From contig CBDDCA010000006.1 in assembly GCA_965226055.1 (NCBI GenBank), positions 893,440-957,439 of the forward strand: a DNA stretch of 64,000 bases. Reading direction: 5' to 3'. This DNA is from Spirochaetia bacterium (GTDB lineage: Bacteria; Spirochaetota; Spirochaetia; WTKD01; G963693115). The translations under genes and the position numbers were made by a program. Below the pieces are notes generated by a model that saw only the letters and a list, made by a program, of their open reading frames with translations, was not told the DNA's origin and ran no database searches. This document shows positions 41,650 to 50,570 of the stretch, piece after piece. Within the stretch, counting starts at the first letter, position 1; every line of letters begins with the position of its first letter.

Positions 41650-42324
41650 ATGAAATATTTTTTAGATAGTGCAAAATTAGATGAGATTGATGAAGCATTT
41701 CATACATTTGGAATAGATGGGGTGACTACTAATCCTAATCATGTTAAAGTGAGTGGTAAAACGCATAAACAAATTATTGATGATTTGTCAGCATGGGCAA
41801 AAAAGAATGCTCCCTCTAGTTTTCCTATTTCTATTGAAATAAATCCTCACTTAAACAAGGCTGAGGATATGTTACAGGAAGCACATGCTATTGCAAAAAT
41901 ATCGGAGTATTTTGTCATAAAGTTACCATGTACTCATGCAGGGTTATTGGCAGCAAGGCAACTTGAAGAGCAGAAAATTAGAACAAATATTACGCTTGTT
42001 TTTTCTCCTTCACAGGCTTTGGCTGCAGCAAAAGTAAACGCTTCGTTTGTATCGCCTTTTCTGGGATGGAAAGAAAATAGCGGGGAAGATTGTACAGAAT
42101 ATCTTTCGACTATTCGTGTTATACTCAATAACTTTGATACATTATCTAAAACAGAAGTGATTACTGCAGCAATAAGAAATGGTAAGCAGATTGCTGATGC
42201 TGCCGCTATTGGTCTTGATATTGTCACCTGTGGTTTAGCTGTGTATAAAGAAAGTTTTTATCATCCTTTTACTGATTTTGGATTAAAGAAATTTCAGGAT
42301 GCTTGGGATGCTACTGCAAAGTAA
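41650..42324 (+). CDS. Transaldolase, sulfofructose transaldolase (SqvA/SftT)-like
   Basis: MKYFLDSA, DGVTTNP, FPISIEINPHL, FVIKLPCT, FVSPFLGWKENSG, AAIRNGKQ, YKESFYHPFTDFGL; GW replaces the GR of ordinary transaldolases. Confidence 0.8.
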   Translation: MKYFLDSAKLDEIDEAFHTFGIDGVTTNPNHVKVSGKTHKQIIDDLSAWAKKNAPSSFPISIEINPHLNKAEDMLQEAHAIAKISEYFVIKLPCTHAGLLAARQLEEQKIRTNITLVFSPSQALAAAKVNASFVSPFLGWKENSGEDCTEYLSTIRVILNNFDTLSKTEVITAAIRNGKQIADAAAIGLDIVTCGLAVYKESFYHPFTDFGLKKFQDAWDATAK

Positions 42325-42327
42325 AAC

Positions 42328-42966
42328 ATGAAACAAGTACATGTAGATACTGCAATGGCTGTTGATGATATATCGTTTCATCGTTATGGTAGGCAGATAT
42401 TTGATATTAATGTTGACGAATCAATACATATAGTCTCTTCATTATCGTTACCGCAAGAAGGCAATGAATATACTCCGTCCTTTGCTCGTCTGGAAGATAC
42501 TCAAGAATATCTCTCTATTAAAAAGTATGTGTTTGGTGATGTTGATATACAGGCAGGGTTTTGTAATGGATGGAATAATCGTCTCAATGCCTTAGAGTTT
42601 CATAAAAGCTCAGAAGTGATTATTGCAGTATCTTCGTTTGTTCTTATTCTTGGTGTGCCAGAATATATGCAAGAAGACAATACCTATGATACTGCTCATG
42701 TCGAGTGTTTCCTTGTTCCTCAAGGGGCAGTAGTAGAGTTGTATCCTAAGGTGTTGCATTTTGCTCCATGTAAAATACATGATGATGGATTTCGGAGTGT
42801 TATTATATTGCCTCGTGGAACAAACACTGTACTTTCAGATTCTCTTGTGGCATCGTATCTTTTTAGAAAAAATAAATGGTTGCTTGCACATGAGGATGCA
42901 CATTGGTTATGTAATCAGGGTGCAGTACCATTATTACGTGGTGAAAATATAGAGATTATATCTTAG
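42328..42966 (+). CDS. DUF4867 family protein (SftX/SqvB-like)
   Basis: IQAGFCNGWNNRLNALEFHKSSE, VELYPKVLHFAPC, LPRGTN, NKWLLAH. Confidence 0.85.
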   Translation: MKQVHVDTAMAVDDISFHRYGRQIFDINVDESIHIVSSLSLPQEGNEYTPSFARLEDTQEYLSIKKYVFGDVDIQAGFCNGWNNRLNALEFHKSSEVIIAVSSFVLILGVPEYMQEDNTYDTAHVECFLVPQGAVVELYPKVLHFAPCKIHDDGFRSVIILPRGTNTVLSDSLVASYLFRKNKWLLAHEDAHWLCNQGAVPLLRGENIEIIS

Positions 42967-42977
42967 GGAATTTTTGG

Positions 42978-43733
42978 ATGGATCTGTATACACTATTGTT
43001 AATGGCTCTTATAGTACTATTTTCTTATACTATAGGCACTATTGCGGGGTTTGGTCCTACTATTTTGGCGTTACCTTTGATGTTATTTCTGCATGAACTC
43101 TCTTTTGTTCGTCCACTGCTTACTTTGCTGGGGATGTTGCTTGCGTGGGTTGTATGTGCATCTATGTATACACATATACATAAAAGAATATTTTTTGTTA
43201 TACTAGGAGTAATGGGAGCAGGGCTTCCTATAGGTATTTTTCTGTACTCTTACTTAAATAAGGATGTTTTGCTTGTAATAGTAGGGATATTTACCTTGTT
43301 TGTATCGGTAAAAGGGCTTATTGATACCTCTTTCTCTACGAAAGAGATGTATTTACCTCATTGGGTGTTATATATGGCGTTATTCTTTGCAGGAATAGTA
43401 CATGGAGCTTTTTCTACAGGTGGACCGTTGCTGATAATATATAGCTCTCAAATGATAAAAGATAAAACAAAATTTAGAGCCACACAAGTTGCAATATGGA
43501 GTATACTAAATTTAGTACTGGTATTACAGTTATTTGTATTTGTTCCTCATGGTGCTTTTAAGCCAGGATGGGATGAGTATAAAATATATGTATTGATGTT
43601 GCCAGTATTGTTGATAGCTATAGTGTTGGGTAAATATCTTGAAAAAAGAGTTTCCCAATTATTATTTAGGAGATTAATATATGCACTTCTATTTGTTAGT
43701 GCATGTAGTATTTTAATTATGAGTGTGTTTTAA
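42978..43733 (+). CDS. TauE/SafE sulfite/organosulfonate exporter
   Basis: GTIAGFG..ILALP, AGIVHGAFSTGGPL, KFRAT; multi-TM. Confidence 0.85.
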   Translation: MDLYTLLLMALIVLFSYTIGTIAGFGPTILALPLMLFLHELSFVRPLLTLLGMLLAWVVCASMYTHIHKRIFFVILGVMGAGLPIGIFLYSYLNKDVLLVIVGIFTLFVSVKGLIDTSFSTKEMYLPHWVLYMALFFAGIVHGAFSTGGPLLIIYSSQMIKDKTKFRATQVAIWSILNLVLVLQLFVFVPHGAFKPGWDEYKIYVLMLPVLLIAIVLGKYLEKRVSQLLFRRLIYALLFVSACSILIMSVF

Positions 43734-43734
43734 T

Positions 43735-44934
43735 ATGGATGTGAATTTTAATAATACAGAACGAAGAATTCTTCGTGAGATATTTAAGAATTCAGAAATA
43801 TCACAAATAGATATTTCTAATACTTTAAATGTTACTAGTGCTGCTATATCGCAGTATACTAATAAACTTATTCAGCAGAATATTGTTCAGCAGAAAGGAA
43901 ATATTCCTACTCGTGCTGTAGGGAGAAATAAGGTCATACTGGGGCTAAATGCAAGTTTTGGATATGTAGTAGGGATAGCTTTTGAGTTTGATCATATTGA
44001 GTTTACTATAGCTAATTGTGTAGGAGAAAGCCTTACTCATAAAGTTGAGCATGGCGTGCTAAGTACAATAAAAGAGCCATGGCTAAAAAAGCTCCCTGAT
44101 CTGTTTAAGAGTGAAATAAAAAAATTAAAATTATTTCCATCCCAAATAGTAGGGGTTGGGATAACTTCTCCAGGAACAGAATTACAGGGATCTGGACATC
44201 ATACGGAACTGAATATTATTAATGAACTTGCAAAGCAAGCACAGCAGTATTTTGAACATGAATATAGTTATACGGTAGTACATGGGAATAATGTGCATAG
44301 TATTGCATGTGCAGAATATATGCTAAATGAGTTTGATGATAATTTTATCTGTGTGAAATATGGACCAAGAATAGGTATTTCTTTTTGGATAAATGGTAAG
44401 CTCTTTAAGGGTTCTCATGGATTTGCAGGAGAGATAGGGCATATGCAGTTACCTATTGATGCAATGTATGACATAACGTGTGATGTGTGTGGTAAAAAAG
44501 GATGTTTGGAGTCAATGATATCAGAACGTTATATACGAAAGATAATAAAAAGTATTCCAAACTACAAAAAAACATTTTCATATTTATTTGAAGATGGTGT
44601 ATCAATAGATGGATTAAAGGTACACACTGTATTTAAGTATGCACATAAACACGAGAAACTTAGCAACATTATGGATCATACAATCAAGTGTATTGGAACA
44701 ATACTTTCTATTGTTGAGAAGATAATAGATTCAAAACGTATTATTTTATTTGGAAAAAGTTTTTTAGAAGACTCTTTTTATCAATCAGTATATGATACAA
44801 TTATTGAGATGTGTAAACCTATTTCAGATATCACTATAGTAAAAGCAAAAGTAGAACCACATTACAAAGTAATAGGGGCAGTGTTTCTTATCCTTATGAA
44901 AGTGTTTTATATAGAACAAGAGATAGATATTTAA
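43735..44934 (+). CDS. ROK family transcriptional regulator
   Basis: N-terminal wHTH, GFAGEIGHM, CDVCGKKGCLE Zn motif. Confidence 0.9.
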   Translation: MDVNFNNTERRILREIFKNSEISQIDISNTLNVTSAAISQYTNKLIQQNIVQQKGNIPTRAVGRNKVILGLNASFGYVVGIAFEFDHIEFTIANCVGESLTHKVEHGVLSTIKEPWLKKLPDLFKSEIKKLKLFPSQIVGVGITSPGTELQGSGHHTELNIINELAKQAQQYFEHEYSYTVVHGNNVHSIACAEYMLNEFDDNFICVKYGPRIGISFWINGKLFKGSHGFAGEIGHMQLPIDAMYDITCDVCGKKGCLESMISERYIRKIIKSIPNYKKTFSYLFEDGVSIDGLKVHTVFKYAHKHEKLSNIMDHTIKCIGTILSIVEKIIDSKRIILFGKSFLEDSFYQSVYDTIIEMCKPISDITIVKAKVEPHYKVIGAVFLILMKVFYIEQEIDI

Positions 44935-44963
44935 TAATTTGTGTTGTAATGTGCCCCATACCC

Positions 44964-44992
44964 TTGACATACTTTCTTTAATGGTGTATTAT
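44964..44992 (+). promoter_or_regulatory. Sigma70-type promoter for the second TRAP operon
   Basis: TTGACA-17bp-TATTAT upstream of an AGGAGG RBS. Confidence 0.6.
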
Positions 44993-45051
44993 TTAATTAT
45001 GTGATTTAATTATAAATTATTTTAATTGTATAGTATATAAGGAGGTATGGT

Positions 45052-46128
45052 ATGAAGAAGTATTTTTTCATTTCATTGTTATTTTTGTTGTTTTTTACAA
45101 CTGTATTGAGTATTATTGGTTGTGGTAAGCAAAAGCAGTCTTCACAATCAGGTGCTTCCTCGCGAGGTACAAGTGAGGCAGTTGATAGTATGTCTCAGAT
45201 TACTATTAAATTAAGTCATCCGTCTGGTGCTGTTGCAGGGGATCCAATACATGAAGCGGCAATGCTCATGCAGACATTGCTTGAAGAAAAAAGTAATGGT
45301 GTCATTAAGGTACAGGTATATCCCGGTGGACAGCTAGGATCAGAATCAAGAAATGTACAGGATGTACAAAGTGGTATTGTAGAGATGGCTATGATTACTG
45401 CTGGTAATATGATATCATATTCACCTTCATTTGGGGTATTAGATTTTCCATATCTTTTTCAATCAAGAGAAGAAGCATGGAAAGCTATAGATGCAATAAA
45501 AGAAACGTTTACCACATTGCAAGTGAGAGAAAGTGGTACAAGGACAATAGCATGGTTAGAACAAGGGTTTCGTAATATTACTAATTCTAAAAAGGCAATA
45601 ACATCGCTTAATGATTTACAAGGGCTAAAGATACGTGTGCCTAACAATAAATTTGTTATTGCTGCGTTTAAGTCATGGGATATTAACCCTGTTCCTATTG
45701 CATGGGATGAAGTATTTTCAAGTTTACAACAAGGGGTTGTTGATGGCCAAGAGAATCCATATGTTAGTATTTATGTACATAAAATGTATGAGATGCAAAA
45801 ATATGTTACAGATATACACTATAAAATATGGGTAGGTGTTTTTATTGTAAATGAAGATTGGTTTCAAAATCTTTCTGTTGATGTACAAAGGGTAATTTTA
45901 CAAGCAGGGGAGGAAGTTACTCAATTTAATAGAGATATGATAGTCGAAGTAGAGAATGAAACAAGACAGAAACTGATTGATAATGGAATGATACTTTCTG
46001 GGACACCAAGTGATGAACAAGAATGGGCAAGAAGAGCGATGAGTGTATGGCCTCAATTTTATGATGCGCTTCCTGACATAACAGTGTTAGATGATGTAAT
46101 GTCTGCACTAGGAAGACAAAGACCATAA
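45052..46128 (+). CDS. TRAP transporter substrate-binding lipoprotein (DctP family)
   Basis: Lipobox IIG-C; YPGGQLG, GFRNIT, GLKIRVP, LQQGVVDGQENP. Confidence 0.92.
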   Translation: MKKYFFISLLFLLFFTTVLSIIGCGKQKQSSQSGASSRGTSEAVDSMSQITIKLSHPSGAVAGDPIHEAAMLMQTLLEEKSNGVIKVQVYPGGQLGSESRNVQDVQSGIVEMAMITAGNMISYSPSFGVLDFPYLFQSREEAWKAIDAIKETFTTLQVRESGTRTIAWLEQGFRNITNSKKAITSLNDLQGLKIRVPNNKFVIAAFKSWDINPVPIAWDEVFSSLQQGVVDGQENPYVSIYVHKMYEMQKYVTDIHYKIWVGVFIVNEDWFQNLSVDVQRVILQAGEEVTQFNRDMIVEVENETRQKLIDNGMILSGTPSDEQEWARRAMSVWPQFYDALPDITVLDDVMSALGRQRP

Positions 46129-46129
46129 T

Positions 46130-46600
46130 ATGTATAAAAAAATACTTACCAAGATTGACTCAATAGAAGAGCTTATTGCAAGTATTTGTATTTTTATCAT
46201 TCCTAGTATACTGTTTGTTCAGCTGGTATTGCGTTCTTTTAATATAGGGTTTGCTTGGTTTGAAGAGGTGCTACGATTTAGCTTTTTGCTATTAGTATAT
46301 TCTGCAAGTGTTATAGGAGTAAAAAAAGATTCTCATTTTTCATTGACTTTTTTTGTTGATAGGGTATCGGTGAAAGTACAAAAATACCTTGCGATACTAA
46401 AATATGGCATATGGTTTTTATTGAATGGTATTATTGTATATCAATCTATACTGTACATACAAACATTATTTGTTCGTCCACAGACCTCTCCAGTATTGGA
46501 AATTAATATGGCATGGATATACGCTATTATTCCTATTATGTTTATATTACAGACGATTAGAATGATTCAGCTTATTATCAGAAAAATAAGAGGAACATGA
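46130..46600 (+). CDS. TRAP transporter small permease (DctQ)
   Basis: QLVLR..WFEEVLR; four TM helices. Confidence 0.85.
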   Translation: MYKKILTKIDSIEELIASICIFIIPSILFVQLVLRSFNIGFAWFEEVLRFSFLLLVYSASVIGVKKDSHFSLTFFVDRVSVKVQKYLAILKYGIWFLLNGIIVYQSILYIQTLFVRPQTSPVLEINMAWIYAIIPIMFILQTIRMIQLIIRKIRGT

Positions 46601-46601
46601 A

Positions 46602-47879
46602 ATGGATAATATAATATGGCTTTTATTGTTTTTGTTATTACTACTAGGAGTTCCTATTTGGGTATCGTTAGGAATGGCTACTGTTACTTTTTTGTTTATG
46701 ACAGGGACTCCTCTTTCTATTATTCCTATTGATATAAGTAAAGTGTCAGATCTGTATCCATTGCTTGCAATACCTTCGTTTGTGTTTGCGGGTTGTATTA
46801 TGGAGCAAGGAGGAATAGCAAAGCAAATTGTTGAAGTAGCACATCTTATTGTAGGGAAAGTCAAAGGAGGCTTAGCAATAGTTACCATTATTGGCTGTAT
46901 GTTTTTTGCTGCAATGATTGGCTCAGGTCCAGGAACTGTTGCCGCAATGGGATCTATTATGATACCAGCTATGGTACGACAAGGATATGGTAAGATATAT
47001 GCTTCTGGGGTAAGTGCTACTGGAGGTACTCTGGGAATATTGATTCCTCCAAGTAATCCTCTTATTATATATGGAGTGATGGCAAATGTTTCTGTAAGCT
47101 CTCTTTTTCTTGCAGGGTTTTTTCCTGGTTTGGTAGGAGGAATAATGCTTATTATGGTTGCTCTTGTTGTGGCAAAGAAACGTAACTTGCCTGTTGTTGA
47201 GAAAACATATACTGTGCAGGATGCTATGAGGATAATAAGGAAGAATTTTTTTTCTTTGCTGACTCCTTTTATTATTCTTGGAGGAATATACGGAGGTATT
47301 TTTACTCCAGTGGAAGCGTCTTCTGTAGCGGTGGTATATGCTCTATTGGTGGGAAAATTTATAAACAAAACACTTACATGGGAAGGGGTAAAAAAATCGC
47401 TTACTCTTACTTCTGTTACTTCAGGGACCTCTCATATTATTATAGGGGTATCTATTTTGTTTGGCAGATTCCTTACTATCAATCAGATACCACAGAATTT
47501 TGCAGCAACAATGCTTGCTGTCAGTACAAATCCAATTATAGTGCTGTTATTGATAGTACTGTTACTGTATTTTTTAGGAATGTTTATGGAAACCTTGTCA
47601 ACGATAGTTATCCTTGTTCCTATTCTTATGCCTGTGATACATCAGTTAGGAATTGATCCTATCTATTTTGGCATTTTATGGATTGTAACAAATCAAGTAG
47701 CTTTGATAAGTCCTCCATTAGGAGCTAATCTTTTTATTGCTATGAATTTATCAAATACAAGCCTAGAAGAAACTGCTTTTGGTACTCTTCCTTTTTTAGT
47801 AGGCTTAGTTATTTTTACGTTGCTTATATTGTTTGTTCCATCTATTTCCTTATTTTTACCGCAGTTATTTAGTAATTAG
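46602..47879 (+). CDS. TRAP transporter large permease (DctM)
   Basis: PLLAIPSF, LIPPSNP, GIFTPVEAS, SPPLGANLF. Confidence 0.93.
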   Translation: MDNIIWLLLFLLLLLGVPIWVSLGMATVTFLFMTGTPLSIIPIDISKVSDLYPLLAIPSFVFAGCIMEQGGIAKQIVEVAHLIVGKVKGGLAIVTIIGCMFFAAMIGSGPGTVAAMGSIMIPAMVRQGYGKIYASGVSATGGTLGILIPPSNPLIIYGVMANVSVSSLFLAGFFPGLVGGIMLIMVALVVAKKRNLPVVEKTYTVQDAMRIIRKNFFSLLTPFIILGGIYGGIFTPVEASSVAVVYALLVGKFINKTLTWEGVKKSLTLTSVTSGTSHIIIGVSILFGRFLTINQIPQNFAATMLAVSTNPIIVLLLIVLLLYFLGMFMETLSTIVILVPILMPVIHQLGIDPIYFGILWIVTNQVALISPPLGANLFIAMNLSNTSLEETAFGTLPFLVGLVIFTLLILFVPSISLFLPQLFSN

Positions 47880-47887
47880 GAGAATAT

Positions 47888-48892
47888 ATGAGAAGTGTAT
47901 TTATTGATACAATAGGGCATCTTGATGTACGTGATTCTGCCTATCCTCGTTTACAGAAAGGAAGCTCAATTATAAAAGTGGTGTATTCTGGCATATGTGG
48001 TTCAGATATACATGTATATCATGGAAAGCAACCTCGTGTACAGCCTCCTACACAATTTATTTTAGGGCATGAAGCGAGTGGTATTGTACATGAAACATAT
48101 AACAAAGAACTTCAAGTAGGAACTGCTGTTGCTCTATTTCCTTACAAGAGTTGTGGCACATGTGCCGTATGTCGTATAGGAAAACATCAGCTTTGTGTGC
48201 AAAGGGAGTTTTTAGGATTTCAAAGAGATGGTACTTTTGCAGACTATGTGTTAGTACCAGATGATGATATTTTTGTTCTTCCTTCGACTATGACAATAAG
48301 AGAAGGGGCTTTTGTCGAGCCGTTTGCGGTAGCTATTCATGCTATAGAGTTGAGTAACATACAAAAAAAGTCTTGTCTTATTGTTGGGGGAGGAACAATA
48401 GGCTTGTGTATTGGTATTGCTTTGAGAGAAGTGTATGGTATAAAAGAGGTGATATTTGTAGAGATAAATAAAAAAAGGGCTGAATGTATAACGGATCATC
48501 TATTTTCCTGTGTATCTGATATAAGCAATGAGTTGGGGGCTATTGATACGGTGTTTGAATGTTCTGGAAATGATAGTGTATTGAGATCTCTATTGGCAGT
48601 GGATCCTCCATTGCGAGAACTTATCATAGTAAGTACTTTTCCACGTGATAAGAGTATTCCTATTTTTGAAATGACAAAAAAAGAGATACTCTGTATTGGG
48701 AGTCAAGCGTATCAAAAACAAGATTTTAAGAAATCGCTGGAATGTATTGCGCATAGCGAGACTATTAAACATTTTTTGTCTGATATTGTAGAAACAAGGG
48801 AGTATTCTTTAGAAGAAGCTAATGGTGCTTTTCAAACTGCAGTATCTTTGCACAGTAAACCAAAGGTATTGTTTAAGGTTGCAGATATATAA
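47888..48892 (+). CDS. Zinc-dependent alcohol dehydrogenase (MDR family)
   Basis: GICGSD, LGHE, CGTCAVCRIGKHQLC, VEP, GGGTIG. Confidence 0.9.
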   Translation: MRSVFIDTIGHLDVRDSAYPRLQKGSSIIKVVYSGICGSDIHVYHGKQPRVQPPTQFILGHEASGIVHETYNKELQVGTAVALFPYKSCGTCAVCRIGKHQLCVQREFLGFQRDGTFADYVLVPDDDIFVLPSTMTIREGAFVEPFAVAIHAIELSNIQKKSCLIVGGGTIGLCIGIALREVYGIKEVIFVEINKKRAECITDHLFSCVSDISNELGAIDTVFECSGNDSVLRSLLAVDPPLRELIIVSTFPRDKSIPIFEMTKKEILCIGSQAYQKQDFKKSLECIAHSETIKHFLSDIVETREYSLEEANGAFQTAVSLHSKPKVLFKVADI

Positions 48893-48981
48893 CTGTTTTT
48901 TCTTTTTTTGCATATTGATCGTATATACTGTACGGCATATAGTATGGTATAACTGATATAGTATATACAAGGAAGTACGAT

Positions 48982-50247
48982 ATGAGAAAATTAATGTTTC
49001 TGTTGGCAATGCTATGTATGGTCAGTTCTATTTCTTTATATGCAGGTGCTAATTCGGAGGATACTGGTAAAAAAGAAGTTGAAGTATTTCATTGGTGGAC
49101 ATCTGGGAGTGAAGCTGTTGCGTGGAAGTTATTGCAACAACAGCTTGCAGAAAAAGGGATAGCGTATGTGGACTTTCCTGTTGTGAGAGGAGAACAAGCA
49201 TTGAATGAACTTCGTGTGCGTGTGTCTGTAGGTAATCCTCCTACTGCTGCACAAATGCTTGGGTTTAGTATTCTTGATTGGGCAGAGCTTGGAGCGTCAG
49301 CTCAGCTTGATGATATTGCAAAAGAAGAGGGCTGGGATGAAATTATTCCTGAAGAAATTAAAAAATTCTCAAAGTATAAGGGGAAATGGGTTTCTGTTCC
49401 TGTAAATATACATTCTACAAATTGGTTGTGGATGAATAATAAGTTGCTGGATAAATTGAATATAGCTATTCCTACGACATGGGATGAGTATGTTACTGCA
49501 CTAGAGAGAGTAAAATCATCAGGAAAAATTGCTCTTGCACATGGTGGAGAGGCATGGCAAAATGCAACGCTTTTTGATGGAGTTGCATTAGCTACAGGAG
49601 GTCCATTTTTTTATAAAAAAGCATTGATTGATTTGGATATTACCGAAATTAACTCTGTTACTATGGAAGCGGTATTTGATAGAATGACAGTATTGCGTTC
49701 ATATGTAGATGATAATTTTCTTAACAGAAGCTGGGATAGTGCAACTGCTATGGTGATTAACGGAGAAGCAGCGTTTCAAATGATGGGAGATTGGGTAAAA
49801 GGAGAATTTCGCAAAGCTGGTATGTTGTCAGGAAATGATTTTATAGGGGTGAGAACTCCTAACACACAAGGATCAGTATTGTTTAGCTCAGATCAATTTT
49901 TTATGTTCAGAGTAGATCCCGAAAGAGAATTAGCTCAAAAAGAGCTTGTAAAGACTATGATGAATGCTAGTTTTCAAGAGCAGTTTAGTATGATAAAAGG
50001 GTCTGTTCCTGCGAGAACTGATATTATAGGGACGAGTATGGACTCTATTAGCCAAAAAGGTATTCAAGATGTTATCAGTGCAAGCAACAACGAGTCCTTT
50101 CTTGGGTCTATGGCTCATGGATATGCGGTTACTCCTGCTGTCCAAAATGCTATGTACGATGTCATTACAAGGCATTTTAATGGTGAATATAGTTCTTCAA
50201 AGCAAGCAGTACAAAAATTTATTCAGGCAATACAATCTGCATGGTAA
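48982..50247 (+). CDS. Sugar ABC transporter substrate-binding protein (glucose/mannose-binding type), orphan
   Basis: EVFHWWTSGSE, VPVNIHSTNWLW, LAHGGEAWQ, FQMMGDW; no adjacent permease. Confidence 0.85.
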   Translation: MRKLMFLLAMLCMVSSISLYAGANSEDTGKKEVEVFHWWTSGSEAVAWKLLQQQLAEKGIAYVDFPVVRGEQALNELRVRVSVGNPPTAAQMLGFSILDWAELGASAQLDDIAKEEGWDEIIPEEIKKFSKYKGKWVSVPVNIHSTNWLWMNNKLLDKLNIAIPTTWDEYVTALERVKSSGKIALAHGGEAWQNATLFDGVALATGGPFFYKKALIDLDITEINSVTMEAVFDRMTVLRSYVDDNFLNRSWDSATAMVINGEAAFQMMGDWVKGEFRKAGMLSGNDFIGVRTPNTQGSVLFSSDQFFMFRVDPERELAQKELVKTMMNASFQEQFSMIKGSVPARTDIIGTSMDSISQKGIQDVISASNNESFLGSMAHGYAVTPAVQNAMYDVITRHFNGEYSSSKQAVQKFIQAIQSAW

Positions 50248-50385
50248 TGAGTATTGTTTTTAGATATATGGCGAAAGATATTTGCTTTTTTTCTCATTTT
50301 TCTTGACATATTCTGTTGAAATAGAGTAAACTAATAAGGTAATGGTACATGTTGCTGTTACAACTGATTTTTTAGAGTATAATTT

Positions 50386-50497
<112 letters not shown>

Positions 50498-50570
50498 TTT
50501 TTTTTATCTTTTTTCCTACTTTTGTCCCTCTTATATCAATCAAACTTGTATATAATGTGTATTTTGATAC

